64,000 bases of DNA from Bugula neritina (taxonomy: Eukaryota; Animalia; Bryozoa). The notes beneath the pieces were generated by a model. It was not told where the DNA came from. It saw only the letters and a program-made list of their open reading frames with translations, and ran no database searches. The number at the start of each line of letters is the position of its first letter. Within the stretch, counting starts at the first letter, position 1. The translations under genes and the position numbers were made by a program. Shown in pieces: positions 19,567 to 33,620 of this stretch. The stretch spans positions 16,926,995 through 16,990,994 of the forward strand of contig OZ037765.1 in the NCBI GenBank assembly GCA_964035545.1, in the 5' to 3' direction.

Positions 19567-21274
19567 TTCTAGTTGCAGTTGATCGTTAAAAGAGTTTGCT
19601 GCTTGTATACGACGAAACCAAGTTGCAACCATTGTCAAAAAGAATAATTTATTTAAAATTTCCTGTAAAGTACACATACTTATTCTCAAATAGAATTTGA
19701 AATCCTACTGGTAAGTATGATACGCAGTAAAATGAAATGTCGGTTGCAAACTATTTCAATTTGTTAGCAATGAGTGTGACAATTATGATTACAAAATTAT
19801 CCATCACAGCCATTACTATAATTTATTGGTCAATTTATTCAATCGTTTTTGTCTAATTTCAGTTATAAAAGCTGCTAATAATGTTTCTATATTACTTGAT
19901 GGTTGCTACTTACTACCACATCACTGTTTATTAATAGGGACCTAAAAGTAAATTTTAAAAATTGATATTTACATGTAAATATACATTGATATCAAATACT
20001 GATGCTGATAGAGGAGGTATAAATTTTATTTATAAAAAATAAACTTTGAATAAAAATAAAATTTTAGCATTGCAGGCAACCTATAAAATACTAAATTTAG
20101 AACTTTTTTGTTTACATTATCAGCTGCATAAAAATAATTCGTGCATATGCACACTGTATTTGGGTTTAAGATTTGCTTTGATTTTTGTTCAACATAATCT
20201 AATAAATTTAGTACTGCTAATTAGTTTACATGCTATACAATAGCGCTAGCATAGCTAGTACCAGTTAGCCATGCATTTTGCTTGGTTTTAATAAAAAAGT
20301 TAGATAGTATTCAACAGATACCCAACTTTGAGAAAAAATACAAATGATATCTCTCATAAGCGTCTGAGACTAAGTGTCAAAAATTAAGCTATTAATGCAT
20401 TAATACATTTTGCTATTTACATTGATAAACACTGACTGCTCTTTAATTGCAACTTCAATTATGGAGGAAGAAAAGCTAGAAAAATCAGTAATGATATAAG
20501 ATTTTGAACTTTCTATTTGCATATTTAACATTTTATTCATAAACATCAATTAGCCTAAAAAAAACTTTGATTTACAACTTTGAAATTTTTTTATTTTAAA
20601 ACTTTTGAAACTGTAATAATCAATGCTTAAGGCAGTTAAATAAAAAAAAGTCTAGCTACACATGTGCGCTGAATAGTTTTAGGTAGTTTGCCTCAAAACA
20701 GTCTTAACGATAGTAAATTATAGTAGTTCAATAATATACTGTATGCTCACTGCTCAGACTATAACCTATTTCTTGGAGGCTCTAGAAGTAGTTGACAAAA
20801 TTTTCGAAATGCTAGATGAATTAATGTGTACTTCAAAATATTTTATAACATACATTTGACAATACCCAAGTGACAACATTTAGGGTACCATATACTTATT
20901 ATTTATTAATGTAAAAGCCAAAAATACATGCATGATATATATAATTTCTGAGTAACACTTTGCCATATATTATGCATATATAATATGCTTAAACCCTCAC
21001 AGCATATACTCACTTGGCACTGCGGAATGAGCCCTTATCTACTACAGGCTGAATAAGGAGCTTACTAAGAGCTCACTTTACACAAAGAGCCTGCTCCAAA
21101 ATGCTAAGCAAGTGTGTGCTGCAAGGACTATGCTGGTGATGGTATTTTATTCTTCAAGCCCCATAACAATATGAAGCTTAGGGAGATTTATCCATGTATT
21201 TTTATATGCTGTATAATATATAGAGGCTATAATTTTAATAGCGACAAATTTATAAGTTATACTTTACAGAGAAA

Positions 21275-23904
21275 ATGGCTTCTGGAACAGTTATGAGTTC
21301 AGGTGCAATTGGCCCTGGATCTACCTTAATGACTAGAGAAATGCCTCCTGAAAGACCAACTATTCAAACACAGGGCTCAGTGTTGCTAGAACAGGTCTAT
21401 CAAGGCAACACTGGCAATGATATGGGCATTTCTACCATGGGTTACAGATCAGCTAAGTACAACCCATCTGAATGGCATGAGAGCAATTATGCCAAGTACT
21501 ACCAAGCCTTTGTAGACCGAGATAATGCTGAAAGAATACGGCATGAAAGTTTGCGAACTGAAAAAGGTAGTATGCTAAGTTTACTCAATTTGTCAACAGC
21601 TTTTTATTCTGTAATATAAATAACATAGCAAGGTTAAGTACTATACTGAAATCTTATGTAAATGTAGAAAAAAGTTTATTCCTAGCTGTCTATTTAACAG
21701 AAACTGAGGCTACAACTAATAAAGTGCAAAATGACGTAACTAAGGCTCTTGGAGAAAGATTGCACGACATTCATTTTTGGAAGAGTGAACTTGAGAGAGA
21801 AATCAATGATATTCTTGGAGAAACTGATTTATTATTGGCCCAAAAGAAAAGATTAGACCATGCGCTACTAGCTACTGAAATTCCAATGCACATCGCTACT
21901 GACAACTTGAACTGCCGTCAGAGAAGGCAGGGGATTGATCTTGTGCAGGATGAAGTAGAGCTCTCTCTTCTAAAGGTAAGCAACTTATACGACCCTAATC
22001 GTGCTATAAATAAAGAATTAAGCAACACATTACACAGGTTTACAATTATGTTTGTACATTGTAGGAAGTTGAGATAATTAATAATGTTCAAGATCTTTTG
22101 CGAAAAACTATCAAAGAGACTGAAAAGCAAATCAAGTAAGTACTTTGAAGTATACAAATAACTTAAAACTATTTAAATATTGCTCAGGTAAAAATAAGTC
22201 ACTTGCACACTGGTGTTCATGGATATGCAGTACATTAGCAATTGTTATCACTGATTGAAAGATTTCAACATTCTCTAAGACTGCAATATAATGCAAAAAT
22301 GTTTCATGAATTTAACAGATTAAATAGAGATGCAAAGCAAAACTTGGAAATGGATTGGAGTGACAAAAAAGAAGCACATGAGATAGATACCGCTTGCTTC
22401 AACCTCCGAAATGGCCACACCAACAAACAGTTCCACCCTGGTGCAGCACGTTATCAGGAAATACAATCTACTCCGGAATCATGGGCTCAGGTAGAAGCTT
22501 TGAGTATTTTGCAAGGAGGAATCAACTTATTAATGATATTATGTTCAGCAATGATTATTATGCCACTCGTTATTGATTTGTATCAATTTGTGTATCCATA
22601 GGCATACCAAAAAATCAATATTGCTACAATGTTATATGATAAATACTGGCTACTACTTGCTACAATTGTTACACACTGGTCCTTGTCTATTTTTTTTGAA
22701 TACGTTGTAGAAATAAACAAATGATCAAGTACTGATTTTTTAATTAAATCTGACAAAATACTTCTTTACAACACATAAAAATAATAATAGACTAACAGAG
22801 TTGCTAAATAGTCAAAACATTCAATTAATTTTTTTTAGTTTACCCATGATAATATTGTGGCTGCCGAGAATGAGAGAATGGCCTCTATCCAACTGCGAAC
22901 TCTTATTGATAATGTACTTAATGATACGTCAAGAGATATGGTTGAACAATGTGATGTGGTTGACACAGCATTCGCAAAAAGAGTTGAAGAGCTAGAAGAT
23001 GCTAAGGCTAAAATGGAAGAAAATTTGAAAAAAGTAAGAAGCCAAGAGAATGTTATTAAAATTTAGTTAGCAAAAAAGCTAGAAAGATTTAACATATTAC
23101 TAGATTAAAAATGATTTTTTTTTTTTATAGTTTTGCAATTGTAATGACTGCCATTCTGTTTGTACTTGTTTCCTTTTAGTACAGTACTACTCTATATTGT
23201 TGTCCATCAGAACTGTTGACAATTGGTTTATAAACTGTATCTTTGAGGAACTTTTTAAATAAGTTTTTTTTAATTAAATTAGCATTCAACATGTAATAAT
23301 CTTACCATATAGCCTCCAAAATGACTTCACCATTCTAATGCAGTTATTGTGCGTAAGGTAGTGAAGTGTTTCGCACATTCTTATTTTGCTATAGGTGTGT
23401 GATGACATCTCAAGGCAGGAGGGGAACATTGCTGATCTTAAGAAAGCTATACGTGATAAGGAAGATCCTATGAAAGTTGCTCAAACAAGACTTTACAACC
23501 GAGAATCTAGACCAGGCGTGGAGCTCTGTAGAGATGAAGTGCAGAAGAAGTAAGACAAGTAGCATACATAGTCAATGCAAACTAACGCAATTTATTTTTT
23601 TTACAAGTGGGTTATCTTGAAGATTATATACAGAGTTGTGTGCTTGTAAAATGATATTTTATAATTTGATGGATTTCTATTTAGGCTGATTGATGAAGTG
23701 GCAGAGATTCAGAAATCTATTGATGCTCTTATGGCTCAGCTGCAAGATGCAGAGGCTTCACTGAAACAGCTTCAAGACGATAGAATGACTCTAGAGAAGG
23801 AGATTTCTATCAAAAAGAATAGCATATTTATAGATAAGAATAAATGTATGACCCACCGCACCAGATATCCCACGACCATGAAGCTGCAAGGCTATAACCA
23901 ATAA
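21275..23904 (+). CDS. TEKT4: Tektin-4 (axonemal tektin)
   Basis: Exons 21275-21566, 21701-21975, 22065-22135, 22319-22490, 22839-23033, 23395-23549, 23685-23904. Tektin signature RPGVELCRD. TEKT4-type N-terminus GYRSAKYNPSEWHESNYAKYYQAFVDRDNAERIRHES and C-terminus CMTHRTRYPT..LQGY. Confidence 0.92.
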
Positions 23905-25174
23905 ACTGGCTCCAAAATATCACCTTCAATATTTAAGCTAACTGATTGGTCAAAAGCATTTTTAGTAATAGAAATAATGTATATACATCACTCATCATTG
24001 TTTTCTAAACTGAGAGGTTGTGAGGGAAAATTGTATGAAACCAGAGATATGAAATATTGTACAAACTGCCAGCTACATTGTACTTTCTAATTGCTCAAGT
24101 TGTGTTACCCATTTGTCTTTTCAGAGCAAATTGTGAGAGAGACAGCTCTGTATTCATGTAGCCTTTTTCATTTATAAAATCTAGTAATGATTACAAAATA
24201 ATTATATATACTCTTTTAATATTGTATCTGTATGTCCATCATTTCTTTTTCTACATTAACATGCTCAGCTCTAGCAACTGTCAGACCCAGCATTTAATGT
24301 CATACAGTATGTTATTCATTATAATATTGATATGTATTTTATGTATTGGTAACCTTAATAAAATATTCCAACATTGAAGAAGAAACAAAATTGGCTTGTT
24401 GACAACTAGCAAATATTTCCATGTTCTGAATGCAAGTAACTACTATCAACTATTTTATATTGTATTATATTTGTAATTTTTATTTTATGAATAATAACTA
24501 AAATGTTATGATTTATAGCAATACCTTCGAGTAATATAACATGAAGCTCATTATAACAAATCTTTCAGTTACAAGAAGTCATCAAAAACAAGGAACAGCT
24601 GCTAAAGAAAGCCTAGGACCATAGGTTTCAGTAGTGGACACCTAGGTTTTTACACTACATCAAATATACAATTATTCATAGTAGCATTTATAAGAGAACA
24701 AACATTAATACAATGAGAATGAACTAGAATTCAATGTTCACTATTTTGTTTAGATTTTATTTAAACTTTCTAAGTCATTGTGAAACTCACTTATGGCAAC
24801 TACTTTTTAAAAAGACAAAATGAAAATAAAAATGGGGGTGGTAATTAAGAAATAAAATGTTGACAATCAAGTCTTTCATTACAAAAACAAACCGAGTGTG
24901 TGCTGAAGCCATATCAGCCACAGGACACAAACATAAGATAAAAAAATCGCACAGTATAATAAGAGTCAGAATATGGAGACATGGCTCTAGCAGGTCCGAG
25001 GTTGATTATATTGTGAAGCTGAATATTGTGCCGCCAACAGCTTATATACACAATCTCAGTAACTGGCAACTCTTTATTTAGCTTGAACATAGAATGAGAG
25101 AGAAACTCTAAACATGGTGCAATCCCTTTGAAACTTAATAAGACATTGGGTAGGATGCAGCTTACCATTACCAT

Positions 25175-28100
25175 CTATGGCCTCCCTAAAAAGAGAAAAG
25201 TTAAAGTGCAATAAATCAAGATTTTATAAAGATTGTGATTGCCATCAATAGTTGGAATAAATACCACAACCTAAAAAGATTTTTTCTCTGATGGTCCATT
25301 AAAAAGAAGTATTTTATAGTGTTCATGACCACAAAAGTAGAATTACCTGTAATCTACTTCTAAAATACATCAAGTTTGAATGTTCATATTTAAGTGACAG
25401 AAGAGAAATAGCTAACTCAAGTTATACACAATATTCTATCACAACTAAAATGATCTGTAGGGCAATTAAGAAACATACACATTCAAGAAATTAAGAAACA
25501 TAAATTTATTATTTTGGTATGTTTTTAGGACAAGCTGTTGTTTACGAATAAAACAGAAAGAATAAATACCTGAGCCGGCCAAGGCAGCAGAACTACTTCC
25601 TACAGTGGCAGCTGCTTTTTGCTTCAGCATTGTCCAGTCAAATGTGTAATCGTACTGGTGATTGAGTGTACGGAACAGGATTCTGAACAGCTGCCTCAAA
25701 TACATGTAGTCTGGGGCCTCTTCAAACCTCAACCCTCGACAATAGTTGAGGTACATGGCAAACTCAGCCGGGAAACCTTTACACAGCACTTCCACGGGTG
25801 TGGACATCTTTTTCTCACTTATCTTCTCATATTTTTGTTTTTTAGTAGCAGCCTGGAGAGAAGGAGAGGCATTAAGATAATAAACAAGAGCTCAGTAACC
25901 AGGATATAGTAGCTGGTGAGTAACTTAGCGTTATGACCATGAATGACTAAGAGATGTTCACCTTTAGACCTTGCCATGGCAGACTCCCTCTGTTGAAGTA
26001 CATAAGCACGTAGCCCAGAGACTCCATGTCATCTCTTCTGCTCTGCTCAATGCCCAAGTGAGCATTAATACTAGCATATCTGGCAGTTCCTGAAACCAAC
26101 ACACACTTTGCATTGAACACATATAGATAGATGCTTTGGAGGAACACAACTCCTAAAACTAATATATTGAAATAAGCAATGTTTACTCAATTTCTTATGA
26201 CACTGCAGCAAAAAAGCAATACATTTACCAATAGAATAGCTTTAACACATATATACAGTGTAACAAGTCGAGTAAGTTTTGATAATAGCCTAGAAATAGA
26301 AGTTGTGCTGTCATGAACATAGAGAGGACAACCATTAATTACACAAAAATAAGAACAACATGGCTACTGAAACTAAGATGCGCCCACAGACCAGTCTCAC
26401 ACCAACCTGTAAGGTTCTTGTCTTCCCTGTAAACTATGTGCTGTCGAGTTCGGTTGTCTCTATATTTTTTGGCCAACCCAAAGTCAATCAAGAAGACCTG
26501 AAGAAACAAAACATGTTAGTAAACAGACAGCACTTGACATGACATAAAAGATAGATATGTTGTGTATCTATTATAACAATAAGCAAATGTGCTATAGAAA
26601 CCTGTTTAATCTTACAAGTATGTACAGAACTATTAGAAAATTTAAACTAGTAAACAGAGTAAGTAATAACTACTAGTAGACAGAGTAAGCAATAACTACT
26701 AGTAGACAGAGTAAGTAATAACTACTAGTAGACAGAAGAGTACCAACTACTAACAGATAAAGAGTCAATGATAACATATGTACAGCAGTAGTTTATTATG
26801 GCTTGTTTTGTAATACTCTTGCTACTAGACGCATAATCAATAATTCTTCACGTTGAAACACCATTATAGTTGTGAGCAGCATGTAGACAGTGGAGTGTAG
26901 ACAGTAGCATGTAGACAGTGGAGTTTGGAGCGTAGACAGAAGAGTGTAGAGTGTAAACAGTAGAGCGTATACAGCGGGTGTAGATAGTAGAGTATAAACA
27001 GTAGAGTATAGACAGTAGAGTATAGACAGTAGAGTATAGACAGTAGAGTATAGACAGTAGAGTATAGACAGTAGAGTATAGACAGTAGAGTATAGACAGT
27101 AGAGTATAGACAGTAGAGTATAGACAGTAGAGTATAGACAGTAGAGTATAGACAGTAGAGTATAGACAGTAGAGTATAGACAGTAGAGTATAGACAGTAG
27201 AGTATAGACAGTAGAGTATAGACAGTAGAGTATAGACAGTAGAGTATAGACAGTAGAGTATAGACAGTAGAGTATAGACAGTAGAGTATAGACAGTAGAG
27301 TATAGACAGTGGAGTGAATCATATTGAAGTTTCACTTACTATACTAGTATGCAATAAGTACACAGGAAGTACTACTATTGCCACACCAGCCATCCTATTG
27401 CTGGTGTGGCTAAATCAGTGAAACAGGCCTTCAGTCCATAAATTGATAGCATATTTCTTATTGAGAAAAGTTATATCATAACCATAGATAGACACAGCAA
27501 CATAAATCACTGAACCTTATCTACAAGAAGTTATCTCGCCTACAAAAAGTTGCCTCATTTACTTTATTCTACTCCACTGTGTATTTTATCCCTTCCAGGG
27601 TGCTACAGCCCGGCAATGACCAGCTAAACTCAGGGAAGGCATGTTTACTTGGGCTGGTCTCTGTGAACAAGGTAAATATCGTTACGTTTCAAATGCCCGA
27701 TCCCTACCCAGTCACACAGGCCAGAGATTGATTCACTGAGAACGAATAATTATTTCCCACAGTTTCTATACCAAAGAAATTTCGCATTAATCTTCACATA
27801 TGTCATAAAAGTATTAATTAGGTCTAAGAAAGATTGAAAATGTTAAATACAAGTTTACTACGCAGCAATAGTAAATAAATGAGTCTACAGGAGTGTAGGT
27901 ACATGATACCACTGCGCCTGTGAAGACTTGGTTAGCTCTAGTCACACCTACCTTGTTACAATGTCTACCAATCCCCATCAAGAAATTGTCCGGTTTAATA
28001 TCTCTGTGGATGAAATTTTTGTTGTGTACATATTCAATCCGTCCAATCATCTGAAAGGAAAAAGCACAAACAAGTGTACAAGCAGTTGAATTTATTGAAA

Positions 28101-31100
28101 TAGTTGAAGCATATTAGTGTACACAATTGATGGAGAGTTGCACACCCCCAGTGTATATCAGACTCCACATTGTTATTTCACAGTATAATTCAGAGCCAAC
28201 AATGGAAATTGTGTAATGAGGTCAACTCCAGTTCATTATTGATAAATAGATTTTAGGAGGCTATGGAAACAGCAATTGTTGTCAAGGTAGTAAAAGCAGT
28301 AGTAATGGTACCATGATTTGATGGAAATAGATAAGCCCAGGAAGAATGTGATGAGAGTGACAAGTACTACAGCTCTACTGTGCCAGCTTGTACTGCCACT
28401 GCGCCTCAACCAGCTTCATGTGTAATTATAAATTGTCTTGTAATATATCATGTGTGGGTATTGTTTTATATGCTGTGTATGATCTTCTCGGTCATGTTAC
28501 AAGTCAGTTACAAGAAAATACACATGGTCATACAAGTTAGATTGAGTTGGTTCATAGTTGAGAGTTCATTATAACTTGCAATATGAATAGCTGATACATA
28601 CTGAGTAGAGATGGACTTATAAAGATAGGAGAAGACTAAAACCTTTATCTTCTATGAAATTGTCAGTGGAAACACATTGGATAAAAGACAGAATTAATTC
28701 ATTGAAAAGTTATTCCATTTTTTTCAATATTTAAACTACAGATAATAAATAGTAGTCTGTGCAAGCCCACTTCCACAATTTATGTTACAAAACTAAATTC
28801 ACTTACTAAAGACACCCCAAAACATGTTAAAATGATTAGAAAATTTGTTTTTAATATTTCTACATATAAAGGATGTTTTTGTGTTTAATATCATTTAGAA
28901 TATTATTTATATAGTAAACTGGTAGACTGTGTAATTAAATAGTGTTACAGTTAGTGCTGCTATGCATATTGGTATGAATGTGTTATTAGACAAAGAGCCA
29001 TAGTTTATTTTTTAGAAAAATCATTTTGGTGTGATAAAAGGTAGAAGCCCAGGCTTTGAAATATATGAGGTCATAAGCAATGCTTTTAACATCAGAACAT
29101 GATTCATTACAGTTTAAACACAAAGAAACTAATTAGCTATCATGAATATAATGTTACAAGTTGGCTCATTGGTCAATTAAATAATGCAAGCAGTATCCTA
29201 AGGTTCCTATGACATGCGCAATATATGAGGGAGTTGAAATTCTGCCTTTGCTATTTACTTACTGCTCCGTGTAATCAGAATAGCAATTCATCAATAGCTG
29301 GCGGTAACCACGCCCTAGAAACTTGTATCTAAGATCTTACAGGAGAGCTGAATAGTTACATTTACTAAGTTGTAAAATATGCAGAAATGCCTCGGTTACA
29401 ACTGAAATACAGCTTTGGAGTTGTATACCCAACTAAATTGAATTTATAGTACATTTAGTGCTAGTAAGCGCGCTGAATCAACATATCAGCTTGGGCAAGC
29501 TGATTGTGAAGTGTTCCAGTGAAGAAGATGGTTGGTTAGAACTGTAGTAGACAAGTAGATAAGATAGTTTGGCAAGATTTGTTTCTTTGTTGTTCGGGCA
29601 GTGCAGAGACACCCGTCATGATGCCATCTGCTTTAGTTTTGTATTTGTATTATGATAACATTTGACTATAAAAATGATAGGAATACAAATACAAAAGTTA
29701 TCAATGCAATAGCAAGGATAACTTCTGTTATTACATAATCAATACTAAGGTGATGCCAGGAGTGTTGATGCTTACAGACTGAACTTTACATGAATTATAA
29801 CTATGTTGGATAAATTTCACCTAACCACTCCCCACCCCAGAGTTGGCCGAGCTTTTATTAAAATAAATTACTACATTAGAGAAGTTGGTAGTAGCAGTGA
29901 GTGTTTTGTTTTAGAATTGTGAGGGCTAGACCAGTTTTATTTTTTCCTTTTCACCATAGTGTACGAGGGAGGTATTAGCTCTATAATGCTGCTGACCTAT
30001 CATCAGCAGAAGAGCAAAAATAGAGAAGTAATTAAACGCATAATTATGTGAGAAAATGTAATATAAAACCAAATTCCGCTTGTGCATACAACCCTGAAAC
30101 TTTACTCAGCTGATAGCCAAGATATTTTGATGTTACATAAATGTAACCAGCCAGAATTATTGTAACAAAGTTAGAATAGCTGCTTTCATAAAGGTGCCAA
30201 CTGTGGGTCTATTTACCTATTGTTCTTTAATTCAAATAACTTTTTCAGTCTTTTTGTTTCAGACCAAACTAGATATTAAAAGTGGTTATTGTTAGCTGTG
30301 CAGGCCATAGAGGCCTTCAAACTCTTAGGGGCTACTGGCTACTGTACTGGCATTAGAGTCAACAGCATACAGAGAATACAGTCTTGCTAGCTGGGATTCC
30401 AGTGTGTCTGTCTTCATTTGTAAACCTGAGGATAGTTTGCATACAATTCTAGTGGAGAGAATTCTCAACTATGAGAGGGGGGGTGGTGAAGAAATTAAAT
30501 CATTTATGCATTTGCATTAGGAAAGCTGTCTAAAAAATTTGAAAATGCCAAAAATTTGAGTGTTTTATAACCTCTTTATTAAAAAAGTAGTTCTAAGTTG
30601 CTTGAGGGTGACTTAAAATAGACATCAGCTACTACTTAGATGTGAGTGCAGGCTTTATTTTTAAATAAAGCTTATTCAATATGAAAACAAACTGAGTTTG
30701 AGAAACGTGTTGCTCTTACCTGATCAGCCAGCATAAGAACTGTTTTCATGGTAAATCTTCTTGAACAGAAGTTGAAGAGATCTTCTAGACTTGGTCCCAA
30801 CAAATCCATGACAAGGCAATTGTAGTCCTTTTCCTGTCCATACCATCTAATGAAATAATGCAATCATTAGTCAACATTGCTAAGCTTTAAACGGGAGACA
30901 TTGGTAATAATAGATATCAAAAAAGTTCTAACACTAGTCAAGATAGGCATAACAGGGTTTCCTAATATTGATTAATAAAGAAACTAATTTTACCATATCA
31001 CGACACCTACTCATACCCACTGTGTGCAAAGTATTTGATCTTAACTTACACAAATAAATCACAACAGCATAGAAACATATGGCTTACCGTATATGAGGGA

Positions 31101-33377
31101 TACCAACACCGCCTTGTAATATCTTATATAGTTTAGATTCATATAGTAGTTGCGGGTGTCGAGCTTTGTGTGATTCAAGTTTGACTGCGACTTCCTATTG
31201 AAGACAACTTAATAAGGTTTACATCACTATCATTCCATGGAAAACACTTGAAAGTTAAAACTAGAAAAAAACTAGTATTTACTGGTTAGGAGCTCCACCA
31301 GTCTTAAATGTGTCATAAACGCATTTTGGTTTCAATAACACTACTAACACTTGAATACTATTTTAGACACAGAGATGGGAATGTGCAAGTCTTTTTGCTG
31401 ATTTTCTAGCACTTTAAGTAAGTACTAATGATTATGAGTGACAGAAAAGTTTATATACCACATAAAACAAAACGATACTATTGTTAATCCAAAGACTTCT
31501 TAAACCATATTAAATATAGGTGAATTAAAGCACAACTTTCGATTTCAATCAAAATCAAAAACCTCAAAAAGGTCAATAATGTTTGAAACTTTGTCTATTT
31601 ATTTTAGTAAAACTCTGCTCAAACCCAGTTTCTTTTAGTTACACTTGCATGTATATTAATTGTTTGATGTTTTTCTACATACCAACCACTCATGTGTTGT
31701 AGTGCATAAAATTTACGTTCATATTGTACTTACATATAATGAAACACATATGAGTAATTTTACTTAATTTAGTATACACTGGAAATCTCCAGTTTTTAGC
31801 TATTTTTCACAATTTAGCTGTTAATAAGCATGGGTTTTTGCCTAAAACTAGTAAAATATCAATAAATACATCTAAATAATCATGGTTTTTTTTAGTTTTG
31901 CTTGATTTCTCAAGCTTTTTCCTAATTATTCAGCTTATTTTGATTGCAGACCATTACGGAAAAACAGTAATGGTCCGTGTTCCAAATTAGCTAAATAAAT
32001 AAGAAAAAAGGTGGGAAATCAAGCAAAATTAAAAAGAACCTTGATTACTTAGGTGTATTTAATTATATTTCACTAGTTTTGAGCAAAAAAACCATGCTCA
32101 TTAACATATAAATTATGAAAAATAGCTAAAAACTGGAGATTTACAATGTGTACTAAATTAAGTAAAATGACCCATATGAATTCAAAGCAAATTCCAAACA
32201 TTTGATACAGGTTTTAGTGGCAAAATCAAAACATTTTATATTTAAATACTTAAAAACAAATATTGCAACATTTAAGAAATTTTATTTATGATTACAGTTG
32301 ATTTCATACATTAAATTCAATAGTTATCAGATGTGACGGCCAATATTACAACTTGCATATGACTGTGATGCTGAATTAAAAGCCAAAACTAAACAACCCA
32401 AGATTTATAATATGAATAGCTGCTACCCTCACTTGTTTCAAATGTATTATGTGCTGAGTTTCAGTCTGAAAATCCAATCATTCGATTCATTAATGTTACA
32501 GTCGTTAATATTGATAGCCATATGTTCAATGCAAACTTGGATAAAATGGCCATGAGACTATGGTTAAATCAAATTAAAACAAGAGACCCAACTTACAACT
32601 AACCTTAACTCTCATCACTAATAAGTATTATTAGTACCAGCAGTATAACTATAAGTATTATAATTATTATTACTAAATCTAATGATATAAATTATTAAAT
32701 AAAATCAAAATATTGTCAATAGTTATAGTAATACTAATAGCAATACTAAATGTAATACTTATAGTTTAAATACTATCACTATGAGTATGACTATGATATT
32801 GAGTATGAAACACCACCAATATTATTAGTATTACTATTAGTATTAGTATTAGTATTACTAATACTAATAGTAACAGCAATACTAATAGTAATAGTAATAC
32901 TAAAAATTACGTATTTTACTATAAAACTAAATATAATAATTCACAATAAGAAATTGAATATCAATAAGAATATTATAATTATCATTAGAAATAAAAGTAA
33001 AACTAAATAGTTATATTATTATTATTAAATTTATTGTTATTAAACTATTAGTATTAGTATTACTATTAGTATTACTATTACAGTAATACTATTAGTATTA
33101 CTATTAGTATTAGTATTACTATTAGTATTAGTATTAGTATAAGTATTAGTATTAATATTATAATTAAAAAATTAGATTTCAATTCAAACTGATATTTTAA
33201 TGAACTTTTTTAAAAAAAAACAAATTTCTACAAGTAAAGATCACCCACCTCCCCACTTTGGTTATTGATTCCAAGATAGATATCTCCAAAGGAGCCACTC
33301 CCAATCTTTCTAACGAGTCTATATTTTCCTCCAGACACACAAAATTCTGTTTTTGATGTACTAACAGCACTCGCCAT
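25175..33377 (-). CDS. CSNK1A1: Casein kinase 1 alpha
   Basis: Exons 33377-33249, 31194-31088, 30846-30720, 28050-27952, 26497-26407, 26089-25962, 25852-25570, 25185-25175 (short last exon, GRP-stop, least certain). [84 protein letters not shown] and the short tail are alpha-type. Confidence 0.96.
26646..26735. repeat. 26-bp tandem repeat (ACTAGTAGACAGAGTAAGYAATAACT) x about 3.5
   Basis: Direct reading; CK1-alpha intron. Confidence 0.85.
26876..27312. repeat. 14-bp minisatellite (GTAGAGTATAGACA)n, about 22 perfect copies at 27001-27310 with a degenerate left flank
   Basis: Direct reading; produces the spurious repetitive ORFs 26796-27335 and 26864-27322. Confidence 0.97.
31747..32178. mobile_element. 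About 430-bp fold-back (palindromic MITE-like) element in CK1-alpha intron 1
   Basis: Left arm CATATGAGTAATTTTACTTAATTTAGTATACA..AAATCTCCAGTTTTTAGCTATTTTTCA.. is the imperfect reverse complement of the right arm ..TGAAAAATAGCTAAAAACTGGAGATTT..TGTGTACTAAATTAAGTAAAATGACCCATATG. The centre closes with GACCATTAC-ggaaaaaca-GTAATGGTC. Confidence 0.85.
32620..33165. repeat. Degenerate TNATAN/NTATNA hexamer low-complexity island
   Basis: Runs such as GTATTA CTATTA GTATTA; shares ACTATCACTATGAGTATGACTATGA with 55272. Confidence 0.8.
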
Positions 33378-33529
33378 TATGATTATTGAAATAATAAACT
33401 GTATTAAACTGTGTATTAAACGTTATGCACGAATCAAAACATTGTGGAACAGAGAAATATGGTGAATAAAAGTCTAAGTGATGAGTTAAAATTTAACACC
33501 CAATATTTCTAAGTCTCTCTCTCAGAATT

Positions 33530-33620
33530 CAGTAACCAATTTGGTATGCGCAGTGCATTCTGGGAAGGCTGACGTATCCTGGCAAAGTTATAACTTTGTA
33601 TCCTGGTTACCAAAGCATAC
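33530..33620. promoter_or_regulatory. CK1-alpha proximal promoter: ZNF143/Staf (SBS) core, CCAAT, CRE-like
   Basis: TGCATTCTGGGAA (33554-33566; reverse TTCCCAGAATGCA), CCAAT at about 33536, TGACGT at about 33570; about 180 bp upstream of the ATG. Confidence 0.5.

Noticed and set aside
23905-25174. Overlapping 3' UTRs of TEKT4 and CK1-alpha
   Set aside because: Candidate polyA signals (AATAAA at about 24357 on +, and at about 24480 on -) suggest they end close together without overlapping; cannot be shown from sequence.
26796-27335. Repetitive ORFs and CRISPR-like appearance of the 14-bp array
   Set aside because: Head-to-tail tandem repeat with no unique spacers, no cas genes, inside a eukaryotic intron.
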